A DNA stretch of 57,767 nt from an uncultured Cetobacterium sp. Its GTDB lineage: Bacteria; Fusobacteriota; Fusobacteriia; Fusobacteriales; Fusobacteriaceae. The position numbers and the translations under genes are program-made. How positions within the stretch are numbered: position 1 is the stretch's first letter; every line of letters starts with the position of its first letter. Where the stretch lies: positions 1 to 57,767 of the forward strand of contig NZ_CAMQYW010000001.1 of the NCBI RefSeq assembly GCF_947039425.1. The letters are read 5' to 3'. The notes beneath the pieces were generated by a model. That model was not told the origin of the DNA. It did no database searches and saw only the letters and a list, made by a program, of their open reading frames with translations. This document shows, one piece after another, positions 41,119 through 50,438 of the stretch.

Positions 41119-42480
41119 ATGAACAAAAGTAAGGCAAGTTTTAAAGGACTTATACCATTTGTTATTTTTATTTTAGTTTATCTAGGAACAGGAGTATTTT
41201 TTCAATTAAAAGGAGTTGAAATGGCCTTTTATCAATTACCGTCACCAGTAGCAATTGCTTGTGGAATTGTTGCAGCCTTTGTTCTTTTTAAAGAGAGCAT
41301 AGATGAAAAATTTGATACTTTTATAAAGGGATGTGGAAATTCAGATATTATTATTATGTGCGTTATTTATTTACTTGCAGGAGCTTTTGCTGGAGTTTCA
41401 AAGGCAATGGGGGGAGTAGAATCAACAGCAAACCTAGGTCTTACATATATTCCAGTTGAATATATAACAGCAGGAATATTTTTAATAACAAGTTTTATAT
41501 CAACAGCAACAGGAACATCAGTTGGAGCAATTGTAGCAATCGCTCCAATAGCAATAGAGTTGTCAGATAAGGCTCATATTCCATTGCCAATTTTACTTGC
41601 AGCAGTAATGGGTGGAGCAATGTTTGGTGATGATTTATCAATGATTTCAGATACAACAATTTCAGCAACAAGAACACAAGGTTGTATGATGAAGGATAAG
41701 TTTTTAGCTAATGTTGGAATAGCTTTACCAGCAGCTATTATTACATTTATCTTATTTTTGGTTTTCGGAAAACCTTTAGATATTATTCAAGCTCAAAGTT
41801 ATGATTATAATTTAATAAAAGTTTTTCCATATTTGTTTGTATTAGTTTTATCACTTGCTGGAATAAATGTTTTTGTTGTATTAACTGGAGGAATATTAAT
41901 ATCTGGAGCAATAGGAATTTATTATGGAGCATTTAATGTTATTGGATTTACAAAAGAGATATATATGGGATTTACAAATATGAATGAAATTTTCTTGTTA
42001 TCTTTATTAACTGGTGGACTTGCAGCTCTTGTAACAAAGGCTGGTGGAATAGATTGGATACTTGGGAAGGTTGACAAGTTAATAAAAGGGAAGAAAAGTG
42101 CACAATTTGGAATTGGAATGCTAGTTGCATTAACAGATTTAGCTGTAGCAAATAATACAGTTGCAATTATTATAAATGGTCCAATCGCTAAAAAAATATC
42201 TCAAGAACATGGTATTGATAAAAGAAGAGTATCTGGTCTTTTAGGGATATTTTCGTGTATAGCACAAGGAATAATACCTTACGGAGCTCAAATGTTAATA
42301 TTAATTGGATTTACAAGAGGGAAAGCCACTCCATTCGAAGTTATTCCTTTATTGTGGTATCAACAACTTTTATTAATATTTACAATTATTTCAATATTTA
42401 TTCCATATTATAAAAAGTTTTTATCAGTACCTAAAATTAATCCTTACACACCGATAAATGATGGAGCTATTGATGCATAA
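41119..42480 (+). CDS. NhaC-family transporter (putative methionine transporter)
   Basis: GTSVG, GGAMFGDDLSMISDTTI, ANNTVAI, IPYGAQML; adjacent to megL. Confidence 0.85.
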   Translation: MNKSKASFKGLIPFVIFILVYLGTGVFFQLKGVEMAFYQLPSPVAIACGIVAAFVLFKESIDEKFDTFIKGCGNSDIIIMCVIYLLAGAFAGVSKAMGGVESTANLGLTYIPVEYITAGIFLITSFISTATGTSVGAIVAIAPIAIELSDKAHIPLPILLAAVMGGAMFGDDLSMISDTTISATRTQGCMMKDKFLANVGIALPAAIITFILFLVFGKPLDIIQAQSYDYNLIKVFPYLFVLVLSLAGINVFVVLTGGILISGAIGIYYGAFNVIGFTKEIYMGFTNMNEIFLLSLLTGGLAALVTKAGGIDWILGKVDKLIKGKKSAQFGIGMLVALTDLAVANNTVAIIINGPIAKKISQEHGIDKRRVSGLLGIFSCIAQGIIPYGAQMLILIGFTRGKATPFEVIPLLWYQQLLLIFTIISIFIPYYKKFLSVPKINPYTPINDGAIDA

Positions 42481-42519
42481 GTGATAAAAATATTATTACT
42501 TTAATAAAAATATTATTGA
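42481..42519 (+). promoter_or_regulatory. Tandem operator candidates overlapping the -35 of the YheO-por operon
   Basis: ATAAAAATATTATT twice, 20 bp apart; the second overlaps TTGACT (42516-42521). Confidence 0.6.
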
Positions 42520-42575
42520 CTTTTACAATTCATAGGAGTATATATATATATTGTCAACAAAGGAGGCGATAGTGT

Positions 42576-43223
42576 TTGGAAAAAGATATAAAAATATTAG
42601 AAGAATACAAAAAAATAGCCAAATTTATGTCGTGTTGCTATGGAGAGAATGTTGAAGTGATACTTCATGACCTCATAGATATAAATGAATCTGGAGTTGA
42701 AATATATAATGGTCATATAAGTGGAAGAAAAAAAGGTGCTCCTATAAGTGAACTCGGGATGAAAATTCTGAAAGAAAAAATATATGAAAAACAGGATTTT
42801 ATAAGTAATTCTAAAGGACTTGTTGGAGGGAAAGTATTAAGATCTTCTACATATTTTATAAAAAATGAGATTGGAAAAATAATAGGGTTAATTTGTGTAA
42901 ATATAAATATTACAAAATATTTAGAATTAGCTCATGAAATAGAAAAATTTGTGAATTTTGATCTCAAGACTAAAGGAGATGAGTCTTTAGAAATAAAAGC
43001 AGATTTTCCACATTCGGTGAAATCAATGATAAATACTGCTTTAATAGAATTATTAAAGGGAAAAGAATCGTGGAAAGATATGAAAATGGATGAAAAATTA
43101 AATATAATAAAAAAACTTCAAAAGAAAGGTATATTTGATTTAAGAGGTGGAGTTTTAGAAGTTTCAGAGGCTCTGAATATTTCAGAGCCTACAATATATC
43201 GTTACTTAACTAAAATAGATTAA
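42576..43223 (+). CDS. YheO/DauR-like PAS-HTH transcriptional regulator
   Basis: TTG start behind GGAGG; EVILHDL, NGHISGR..G.P, LRSST, GLICVN, ISEPTIYRYL. Confidence 0.9.
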   Translation: MEKDIKILEEYKKIAKFMSCCYGENVEVILHDLIDINESGVEIYNGHISGRKKGAPISELGMKILKEKIYEKQDFISNSKGLVGGKVLRSSTYFIKNEIGKIIGLICVNINITKYLELAHEIEKFVNFDLKTKGDESLEIKADFPHSVKSMINTALIELLKGKESWKDMKMDEKLNIIKKLQKKGIFDLRGGVLEVSEALNISEPTIYRYLTKID

Positions 43224-43241
43224 GATAAAGGATGGTAAAAA

Positions 43242-43817
43242 ATGAATAATATGATTGAAATCAGATGGCACGGAAGAGGTGGACAAGGAGCAAAAACAGC
43301 TTCTCTTTTATTGGCAGACGTTGCATTTAGTAGTGGAATGTATGTTCAAGGATTTCCAGAGTATGGACCTGAAAGAATGGGAGCACCAATAACAGCATAT
43401 AATAGAATCGGAGATGAACCAGTAAGAGTTCACTCAAATATTTATGAACCAAACTTTGTAGTTGTAGTAGATGAGACTCTAATAAAAAATATTGAAGTTG
43501 AAAAAGGATTAAAAGAGGGTGGAGCAATTATAATAAACTCTGAAAGAACTCCTGAAGAACTTAGAAAAGAATTAAGAGGGTATACAGGAAGAGTATATAC
43601 TTGTAATGCTAGAAAGATATCTGAAGAGTGTTTAGGAAAATATTTTCCAAATACACCAATGTTAGGAGCAGTTGTTAAAGTAAGTGGAATTATTCCAGAA
43701 GAAGAGTTTATAAAAAATATGGAAGAATCTTTTAAACATAAATTTGCTAGCAAACCACAAGTTTTAGAAGGAAATATGTGTGCATTAAAACGTTCTATGG
43801 ATGAGGTGAATGGATAA
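43242..43817 (+). CDS. porC: 2-oxoacid:ferredoxin oxidoreductase gamma subunit
   Basis: EIRWHGRGGQGAKT, FPEYGPERMGAP, PNTPMLGA. Confidence 0.92.
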   Translation: MNNMIEIRWHGRGGQGAKTASLLLADVAFSSGMYVQGFPEYGPERMGAPITAYNRIGDEPVRVHSNIYEPNFVVVVDETLIKNIEVEKGLKEGGAIIINSERTPEELRKELRGYTGRVYTCNARKISEECLGKYFPNTPMLGAVVKVSGIIPEEEFIKNMEESFKHKFASKPQVLEGNMCALKRSMDEVNG

Positions 43818-44119
43818 TGAGAAATAAAGATGGAAGAATAATTGATGAAACAATAACTTGGCAAGAGATAACACCAGGTGGAATAGTATATGAATCAGGA
43901 AGTGCTGAAAAATTTAAAACTGGAGATTGGAGAACAATGAAGGTAACTTTTATTGAAGATGCCTGCAAACAATGTATGCTTTGTATTCCTGTTTGTCCAG
44001 ATTCTGCTATTCCAGTAAAAGATGGAAAAAGACTTGATTTTGATCAAGATCACTGTAAAGGTTGTGGTGTTTGTTACGCAGTTTGTCCATTTAATGCTAT
44101 AGAGTTTACAAAAGAGTAA
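43817..44119 (+). CDS. porD: 2-oxoacid:ferredoxin oxidoreductase delta subunit
   Basis: TGDWR, two CxxCxxCxxxCP motifs. Confidence 0.92.
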   Translation: MRNKDGRIIDETITWQEITPGGIVYESGSAEKFKTGDWRTMKVTFIEDACKQCMLCIPVCPDSAIPVKDGKRLDFDQDHCKGCGVCYAVCPFNAIEFTKE

Positions 44120-44131
44120 AAGGAGAGAGAG

Positions 44132-45379
44132 ATGAGTATAAGAGAAAGAATGTCAGGAAACGAAGCTGTGGCAACAGCTATGAGACAAATAAATCCAGAT
44201 GTAATGCCAGCATTTCCAATAACACCATCAACTGAAGTTCCACAATACTTTTCTAAATATGTATCAGATGGAAAAGTTACAACAGAATTTATTCCAGTTG
44301 AATCTGAGCATAGTGCAATGTCAGCGTGTATTGGATCTCAAGCAGCAGGTGCTAGAACAGTAACAGCAACATCGTCATGTGGACTAGCTTTAATGTGGGA
44401 GATGCTTTATGTAGCTTCTTCTATGAGATTACCAATAACAATGGCTTTAGTAAATAGAGCTTTAACAGGTCCAATAAATATAAATGCAGATCATAGTGAT
44501 TCTATGGGTGCTAGAGATACTGGTTGGATTCAAATATATAGTGAAACAAATCAAGAAGCCTATGACAACTATATTCAAGCTATGAGAATAGCTGAACATA
44601 AAGACGTACAACTTCCAACTATGGTTTGCCAAGATGGATTTATAACATCACATGCTGTTGAAAATATTGAACTTTTAGAAACTGAAGAAGTAAAAGCATT
44701 TGTTGGAGAATATCATCCAGAAGATTATTTATTAAATGTTGAAAGACAAATAGCTCATGGACCATATGATACTGCAAATTTCTATATGGAGCATAAAGTT
44801 CAACAAGCTCATGCAATGATAAATGCTAGAAAAGTAATATTAGATGTAGCTAAAGAATTTGAAGCATTATCTGGAAGAAAATATAGTTTCTTCGAAGAGT
44901 ATAAAATGGAAGATGCTGATGTTGCAATTGTTTTAATTAACTCAACAGCAGGAACAGCAAAACAAGCTATAGATGAAATGAGAGCAGAAGGAAAAAGAGT
45001 AGGCCTTATTAAAATAAGAGTATTCAGACCATTCCCATTTGATGAAATTAAACACGCTTTAACAGGAATTAAAGTTGTTGGAGTAATGGATAAATGCGAA
45101 GGATTCTCAGGAGCGGGTGGACCACTTTTTGCAGAGATAAGATCAGCACTTTATGATTCTCATGAAAGACCAGAAATGATTAACTTTGTTTATGGTTTAG
45201 GTGGAAGAGATGTTACAGTTGATACAATTAAAGGTGTATTTAATGAATTATTACATGAAGCTCATTCAAGAGAGTTAATGGATCAAATAGAAATAGCTTA
45301 TAATCCAGAGTTACTACTTCCAGAGGGAGCAGACTTTGAAATCGGTAGAGTATACAGACATTTAGGAGTAAGAGGTTAG
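44132..45379 (+). CDS. porA: 2-oxoacid:ferredoxin oxidoreductase alpha subunit
   Basis: GNEAVA, FPITPST, VESEHSA, TATSS.GL, YGLGGRD. Confidence 0.93.
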   Translation: MSIRERMSGNEAVATAMRQINPDVMPAFPITPSTEVPQYFSKYVSDGKVTTEFIPVESEHSAMSACIGSQAAGARTVTATSSCGLALMWEMLYVASSMRLPITMALVNRALTGPININADHSDSMGARDTGWIQIYSETNQEAYDNYIQAMRIAEHKDVQLPTMVCQDGFITSHAVENIELLETEEVKAFVGEYHPEDYLLNVERQIAHGPYDTANFYMEHKVQQAHAMINARKVILDVAKEFEALSGRKYSFFEEYKMEDADVAIVLINSTAGTAKQAIDEMRAEGKRVGLIKIRVFRPFPFDEIKHALTGIKVVGVMDKCEGFSGAGGPLFAEIRSALYDSHERPEMINFVYGLGGRDVTVDTIKGVFNELLHEAHSRELMDQIEIAYNPELLLPEGADFEIGRVYRHLGVRG

Positions 45380-45389
45380 GGAGGAAGAA

Positions 45390-46325
45390 ATGGCTTATAA
45401 TTTTAAAGAAGAGATGAACAAACCAGATAGACTTACTGGTGGACATAGATTATGTGCTGGTTGTGGAGCAGGAGTAGCAGCTAGAGCAGTATTAAGAGCT
45501 TTAAAAAAAGAAGATCATGCAGTAATAGCTAATGCTACAGGATGTTTAGAAGTTTCAACTTTTATGTATCCATATACAGCATGGAAAGATTCATTTATCC
45601 ACTCAGCTTTTGAAAATGCAGGAGCTACATTAAGTGGAGTAGAAGGAGCGTATAACGCTTTAAGAAAAAGAGGAAAAGTTAATGACACATATAAATTCAT
45701 AGCTTTTGGTGGAGATGGAGGAACTTATGATATAGGTTTCCAATCATTGTCAGGTGCTATGGAAAGAGGGCATGACATGGTTTATGTATGCTATGATAAT
45801 GGAGCATATATGAATACAGGTATTCAAAGATCATCAGCAACACCAAAATATGCAGATACAACAACAACACCAGTAGGAATAGATTGTACAGGAAAACCTC
45901 AAGGAAGAAAAGAGTTAGCTGATATAATGGCAGCTCATAATATCCCATATGTTGCACAAACAACATTTATGGGAAACTTTAAAGATATGCATGAAAAATC
46001 TGAAAAAGCAATATATACAAAAGGAGCAGCATTTTTAAATGTGTTAGCACCTTGTCCAAGAGGATGGAGATATTCAACAGAAAAATTAATGGAAGTTTGT
46101 AAGTTAGCAGTTGAAACTTGCTATTGGCCATTATTTGAAGTAATAGATGGAGAATGGAAATTATCTTATAAGCCTAAGAAAAAATTACCAATTGAAGAAT
46201 TTTTAAAAATTCAAGGAAGATTTTCTCATTTATTTAAACCAGAAAATAAACACTTAATAGAACAAATCCAAGAAGATGTAGATAGAAGATGGAATGCTTT
46301 ATTAAAAAGATGTGGAGAAATTTAG
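45390..46325 (+). CDS. porB: 2-oxoacid:ferredoxin oxidoreductase beta (TPP) subunit
   Basis: GHRLCAGCG, GGDGGTYDIG, DNGAYMNTGIQRS, PCPRGW. Confidence 0.93.
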   Translation: MAYNFKEEMNKPDRLTGGHRLCAGCGAGVAARAVLRALKKEDHAVIANATGCLEVSTFMYPYTAWKDSFIHSAFENAGATLSGVEGAYNALRKRGKVNDTYKFIAFGGDGGTYDIGFQSLSGAMERGHDMVYVCYDNGAYMNTGIQRSSATPKYADTTTTPVGIDCTGKPQGRKELADIMAAHNIPYVAQTTFMGNFKDMHEKSEKAIYTKGAAFLNVLAPCPRGWRYSTEKLMEVCKLAVETCYWPLFEVIDGEWKLSYKPKKKLPIEEFLKIQGRFSHLFKPENKHLIEQIQEDVDRRWNALLKRCGEI

Positions 46326-46331
46326 GTAATT

Positions 46332-46388
46332 TGTGTTTTAAATTGATAGAAATGTGTTTAAAACGGTGCAAAATGTGAGGAAGTGTTT
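46332..46388. repeat. Phased direct repeats, candidate LytTR binding array
   Basis: TGTG at 46332, 46353 and 46374 (21-bp period); first two 21-mers match at 14/21; extra GTGTTT at 46383. Confidence 0.55.
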
Positions 46389-46420
46389 AATTATATTTTA
46401 AAATAAAGTATAATATAAAA

Positions 46421-46495
46421 ATAAGAATTGCATAAAGTTGCCCCGAGGTCTAAGCATATAGACTTTGATGACTCTTCGAAAGAAGGGTCATTTTT
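46421..46495 (+). ncRNA. Candidate ~75-nt small RNA
   Basis: TATAAT at 46409-46414; 9-bp hairpin 46444-46467; 10-bp GAAA-loop terminator 46468-46491 plus U run; no ORF. Confidence 0.5.
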
Positions 46496-46551
46496 ATATT
46501 TACTAAATACAAATAATATTGTATATTTCAGTTGTATAAAAAGGGGGAAAA

Positions 46552-48114
46552 ATGATTAATTTTAAAAAAATTATGTTTTTAATAATAGGAGTGTTTATAC
46601 TTTTCCATTTTACATTTATGTATTTAGCAAGGGATGTTCAAGAGTATATGTTTGTTTCTACAAATTTATCAAAAGTTGATCCGTTTAATGAAAAATCAAA
46701 AAGTTTAGAGCTATTTAATATGGAAAAAAATAAAGTTAAAGGTATAAATTATATAAATGGAAATATGTATCCTAATTTAAAAAAAGGAAGTTATTACTTA
46801 AAAGTTAAGTTGGGAAAAGGGGAAGAAACTTTTCTAATAAAAAAAGATCAAAAATATTTTAATGAGAAAATAAAAGTGAAAAATATAATGGGAATTAATA
46901 AAAAAATAATCTTCATTAACATTTTTACAGGTATAATTTTCTTATATAATGGATTTATTTTTTATTTCTATAGAGATATATTTAATAAAAATAAAGAGTT
47001 GTTATTTCCATTACTATTATTATTATCTAAAATAATTTTTACAAATTCAGCAACATTTACTGAGAGATATATGATGGAGATAAATTTGACATTTTCAATA
47101 CTTTTGAATTTTTATTTGATATTTTATGTGTTGAATATTGTAAAAATAAATAGAAGTAAAAAATTCAAAAAAATAATATATACATTAGTTGCAATTTATA
47201 TATTAAATAGTATTATTTTCTTTAGTATTTCTTGTTCAAATAATATATTTATATATTTTTATGAAAAGACAACTTTTTATAAGAGTATATTTTTAGTTTT
47301 ATATAAATGGATAGATGGACCAGTATTAATACTTTCAATTTTATTAATACAATCATTAAATGAAAAAGTGAAAAAAAATTTAAAAAAAATAAAGAAGAGA
47401 AAACAAATTGTAATTTTAAGTTTATTGATTTTTTCTTTAATAATTCAAAACTATGCATATAATCATCAAGTTTATTTTTATTTGAATTTATTTGAAGAGA
47501 TGTTTTTATTCTGGTTTATAATATTAACCGAAGTAGAAAATTCAAAAAATATTCAAAATATCTTTTTAAGAGTATCATTATTGTTGATTTTTTCATTTGT
47601 ATTTTTATTATATACAAAAGATATATTATCTATTTTGATATTTTGGGGAATTTTTATAATTATGAATATATATACCTATTTATTTGAAGGAATTTTGTCT
47701 ATTGAAAAAAAATCATTTGAAAGTTTAATTAATAGATTTTATTTAATTGAAACAAAGGAAGATTTTGAAGAGCAACTGTCAAAAGAAATTGAAAAAAATA
47801 TAGATGTCAAAAGATTGAAAGTAAAATTATTAATAAAAAAAGATGAATATAAAACCTTAATAAAAGAAAAAATATATTTAGAAGATAAAATAATTATAAA
47901 AAAAGATGATATATTAGGGGATTATTCTGGCGGAATTAGATTGTCATATAATAAAAATAGATTTTTAGGATTGATTTTAATTAAAAATAATAGAGATAGT
48001 CTTATATATGAAGAGGAGAAATATTTATTAGAATTAGCAAAAACAATATCTGTAATAGCTAGTAAAATTAGAATGAATTATCTTCAAAAGGAGTTGGATA
48101 AGTGTATAAAATAG
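46552..48114 (+). CDS. Multi-pass membrane sensor-like protein with C-terminal GAF-like segment and no kinase domain
   Basis: N-terminal TM, ~90-aa soluble loop, many TMs, C-terminal LGLILI...YEEEKYLLELAKTISVIA; no H/N/G boxes seen. Confidence 0.7.
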   Translation: MINFKKIMFLIIGVFILFHFTFMYLARDVQEYMFVSTNLSKVDPFNEKSKSLELFNMEKNKVKGINYINGNMYPNLKKGSYYLKVKLGKGEETFLIKKDQKYFNEKIKVKNIMGINKKIIFINIFTGIIFLYNGFIFYFYRDIFNKNKELLFPLLLLLSKIIFTNSATFTERYMMEINLTFSILLNFYLIFYVLNIVKINRSKKFKKIIYTLVAIYILNSIIFFSISCSNNIFIYFYEKTTFYKSIFLVLYKWIDGPVLILSILLIQSLNEKVKKNLKKIKKRKQIVILSLLIFSLIIQNYAYNHQVYFYLNLFEEMFLFWFIILTEVENSKNIQNIFLRVSLLLIFSFVFLLYTKDILSILIFWGIFIIMNIYTYLFEGILSIEKKSFESLINRFYLIETKEDFEEQLSKEIEKNIDVKRLKVKLLIKKDEYKTLIKEKIYLEDKIIIKKDDILGDYSGGIRLSYNKNRFLGLILIKNNRDSLIYEEEKYLLELAKTISVIASKIRMNYLQKELDKCIK

Positions 48115-48785
48115 GGATAAATATAGATTCCAATTTGAAAGAGATACTTGAAGAGCTTATGGATATAGAGTGTTATAAAATAAATGAATGTAATGAAGAT
48201 GAATTAAAAAATTTAGATATATTTTTAATTGATATTCAAAGGGAAAAGGATGATGAAAGGATAGAGAAATTTAAAATAAATGCTTTTATAACTATTGCTT
48301 TAATCTCAAAAGAGATTGATCTTAAAAGAGTAAGAAAATTATTTAAAAATAAAATAGTTTATGATTGTATTTATAAAAATGATTATTTTGAAATAGAAAA
48401 TATCATAAATGAAGTTATGGAAAAACCTAAAAAAAGGTATGAACTTATATTAAATGATCCATTTTATAAAGCAATTGTTGATTCAAGAGATATTATTTAT
48501 ATTAATTATTGTAGGATAAGTAGAAAGACAGAAATCGTTGACAAAATAGGGAAAATATATACTATAAAAAAATCTTTTTCTGATGTTGAAGAGAGTTTAA
48601 ATTCTTTAGAATTTCTATTTCGTTTAGATAGAGGAACAATAATAAATAAAAATTTAGTAAAAGAATTAGATTATAAAGGGGAAATAATTACTTTTAATGG
48701 AGGGAAAAAACTTTCTATAAGTAGAAGTAAATTAAAAATTTTAGAAGAAAATATAAATTTATTTAAAAATAGAATAGAGTTATAA
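48102..48785 (+). CDS. LytTR-family regulator with divergent receiver domain
   Basis: GTG start overlapping the upstream stop; REC-like DIFLIDI...DCIYK; LytTR DIIYI, FRLDRGTIIN, LSISRSK. Confidence 0.85.
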   Translation: MYKIGINIDSNLKEILEELMDIECYKINECNEDELKNLDIFLIDIQREKDDERIEKFKINAFITIALISKEIDLKRVRKLFKNKIVYDCIYKNDYFEIENIINEVMEKPKKRYELILNDPFYKAIVDSRDIIYINYCRISRKTEIVDKIGKIYTIKKSFSDVEESLNSLEFLFRLDRGTIINKNLVKELDYKGEIITFNGGKKLSISRSKLKILEENINLFKNRIEL

Positions 48786-48848
48786 AAGGAAAGAAGCTAG
48801 AAATAATGTATTATCATAATAATCAAATCAAAATTGGAGGAGATATTT

Positions 48849-49631
48849 ATGATGAAAAAATTCTGGCTTTTTTTTGTTTTATTTTTAGGTTTATTTAGTG
48901 GAGCATTGGCAAAGCCTTTGATAATAGGAATGGAACTAGCATATCCTCCTTTTGAGATGTCTGATAAAAATGGAGTTCCAACTGGAATAAGTGTTGATTT
49001 AGCCAAAGAATTAGGTAAAAGCTTAGGAAGAGAGATAATTATAGAAGATATGTCCTATGGAGGTTTAATACCATCTTTAAAAACAAAGAAAATAGATATT
49101 ATCTTATCATCAATGTCAATAACAGAAAGTAGAAAAAAATCAGTTTCCTTTTCAGTACCTTACGCATCATCTCATTTAGCAATATTAGCAGGAATTAGTT
49201 CAGGAATAGAAAGTTCAGAGGATTTAAATAGTAATAAGAAAAAATTAGCAGTGAAAAAAGGGACAAGCGGTCATACAGTAGCTCAGAAATATTTTCCAAA
49301 GGCGAAACTTTTAGTATTTGAAAAAGAGAGTGCTTGTATGTTAGAAGTAGCTCAAGGTAAAGTAGATGCTTTTATTTATGATCCATTAACTGTATATAAA
49401 TTTTGGGAAAAAAATCAAGAAACAACAACTCCATTATTTGAAAGATTTGAAGAAAAAGCACAGCCTTGGGCTATAGCATATGGGAAAAAAGACGAAAAAT
49501 TAGGCGAACAAATAAATGAATTTCTAATAGAATTTAAAAATACTGGTGGATTTGATAAATTATCAGAAAAATATTTGAAAAATGAGAAAGAATTTTTTGA
49601 AAGTAAAAATATTCCTTTCTTTTTTGATTAA
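48849..49631 (+). CDS. Amino-acid ABC substrate-binding protein (family 3)
   Basis: Signal peptide; GMELAYPPFE, SSMSITESR; ATG 48849 behind GGAGGAG. Confidence 0.92.
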   Translation: MMKKFWLFFVLFLGLFSGALAKPLIIGMELAYPPFEMSDKNGVPTGISVDLAKELGKSLGREIIIEDMSYGGLIPSLKTKKIDIILSSMSITESRKKSVSFSVPYASSHLAILAGISSGIESSEDLNSNKKKLAVKKGTSGHTVAQKYFPKAKLLVFEKESACMLEVAQGKVDAFIYDPLTVYKFWEKNQETTTPLFERFEEKAQPWAIAYGKKDEKLGEQINEFLIEFKNTGGFDKLSEKYLKNEKEFFESKNIPFFFD

Positions 49632-49643
49632 CATAGGAGGATT

Positions 49644-50438
49644 ATGAAAAAAAAAATTAAAAGCATTTTTATAAAAAAAGAAGATGAAGACATAAAAAAA
49701 CATATTATGTATATAAATTATTTGATAGTTATATCTTTGGTTGGGATTGGAATATTATATGCTTTTAATTCATTGGATTATATATATAATTGGGAAGATA
49801 TAATAAAAGAATATAGATATAAATTTATTTTAGGATTTGGAATAACTTTTTTAATTTCTTTTTTATCTTTAATTTTAAGTATAGTAATTGGATTGGTATT
49901 AATCTACTTTCAAAAGAGTAGATTTTTACCTTTTCATTATTTTTCAAAAATATTTATAGAGATAGTAAGAGGAACTCCATTAATTGTACAAATATATATA
50001 TTTTTTTATGTTATAGGAACAGCTATGAATATGGAAAATAGATATGTTATGGGTGTTGTTATTATGGGTATTTTTTCAGGAGCTTATGTTGGAGAGATTC
50101 TTAGAAGTGGAATTGAAAGTATAGAACAAAAACAGTGGGAAACATCAAAAGTCTTAGGGTTAACAAAATATCAAACATATAGATATATTATATTTCCACA
50201 AGTTGTAAAGAGGATAATGGCACCACTAACAGGTCAATTTGCAAATTTAATAAAAGACTCATCTCTTTTATCAATTATAGCTGTGAATGAGTTTACAAAA
50301 AATGTTCAAGAAGTTGATTCATTAACATTTTCACCTATAGAAAATTATTGTATATTAGCAATAGGTTATTTAATATTAACATATCCAATATCTTATATTT
50401 CTAAATATTATGAAAGGAAGTTTACTTATGGAAATTAA
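49644..50438 (+). CDS. Amino-acid ABC permease
   Basis: RGTPLIVQ, GAYVGEILRSG, IKDSSL. Confidence 0.93.
   Translation: MKKKIKSIFIKKEDEDIKKHIMYINYLIVISLVGIGILYAFNSLDYIYNWEDIIKEYRYKFILGFGITFLISFLSLILSIVIGLVLIYFQKSRFLPFHYFSKIFIEIVRGTPLIVQIYIFFYVIGTAMNMENRYVMGVVIMGIFSGAYVGEILRSGIESIEQKQWETSKVLGLTKYQTYRYIIFPQVVKRIMAPLTGQFANLIKDSSLLSIIAVNEFTKNVQEVDSLTFSPIENYCILAIGYLILTYPISYISKYYERKFTYGN

Noticed and set aside
43442-43864. 140-aa minus-strand ORF and the other 60-106 aa antisense or nested ORFs in the track
   Set aside because: All lie within or opposite well-supported genes and carry no recognisable motifs
46352-46378. 8-codon ORF MCLKRCKM as an AgrD-like peptide
   Set aside because: No RBS, too short, no AgrB nearby; coincides with the DNA repeats
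46332-46495. Mini CRISPR array
   Set aside because: Repeats are short and degenerate, with no spacer-sized gaps and no cas genes
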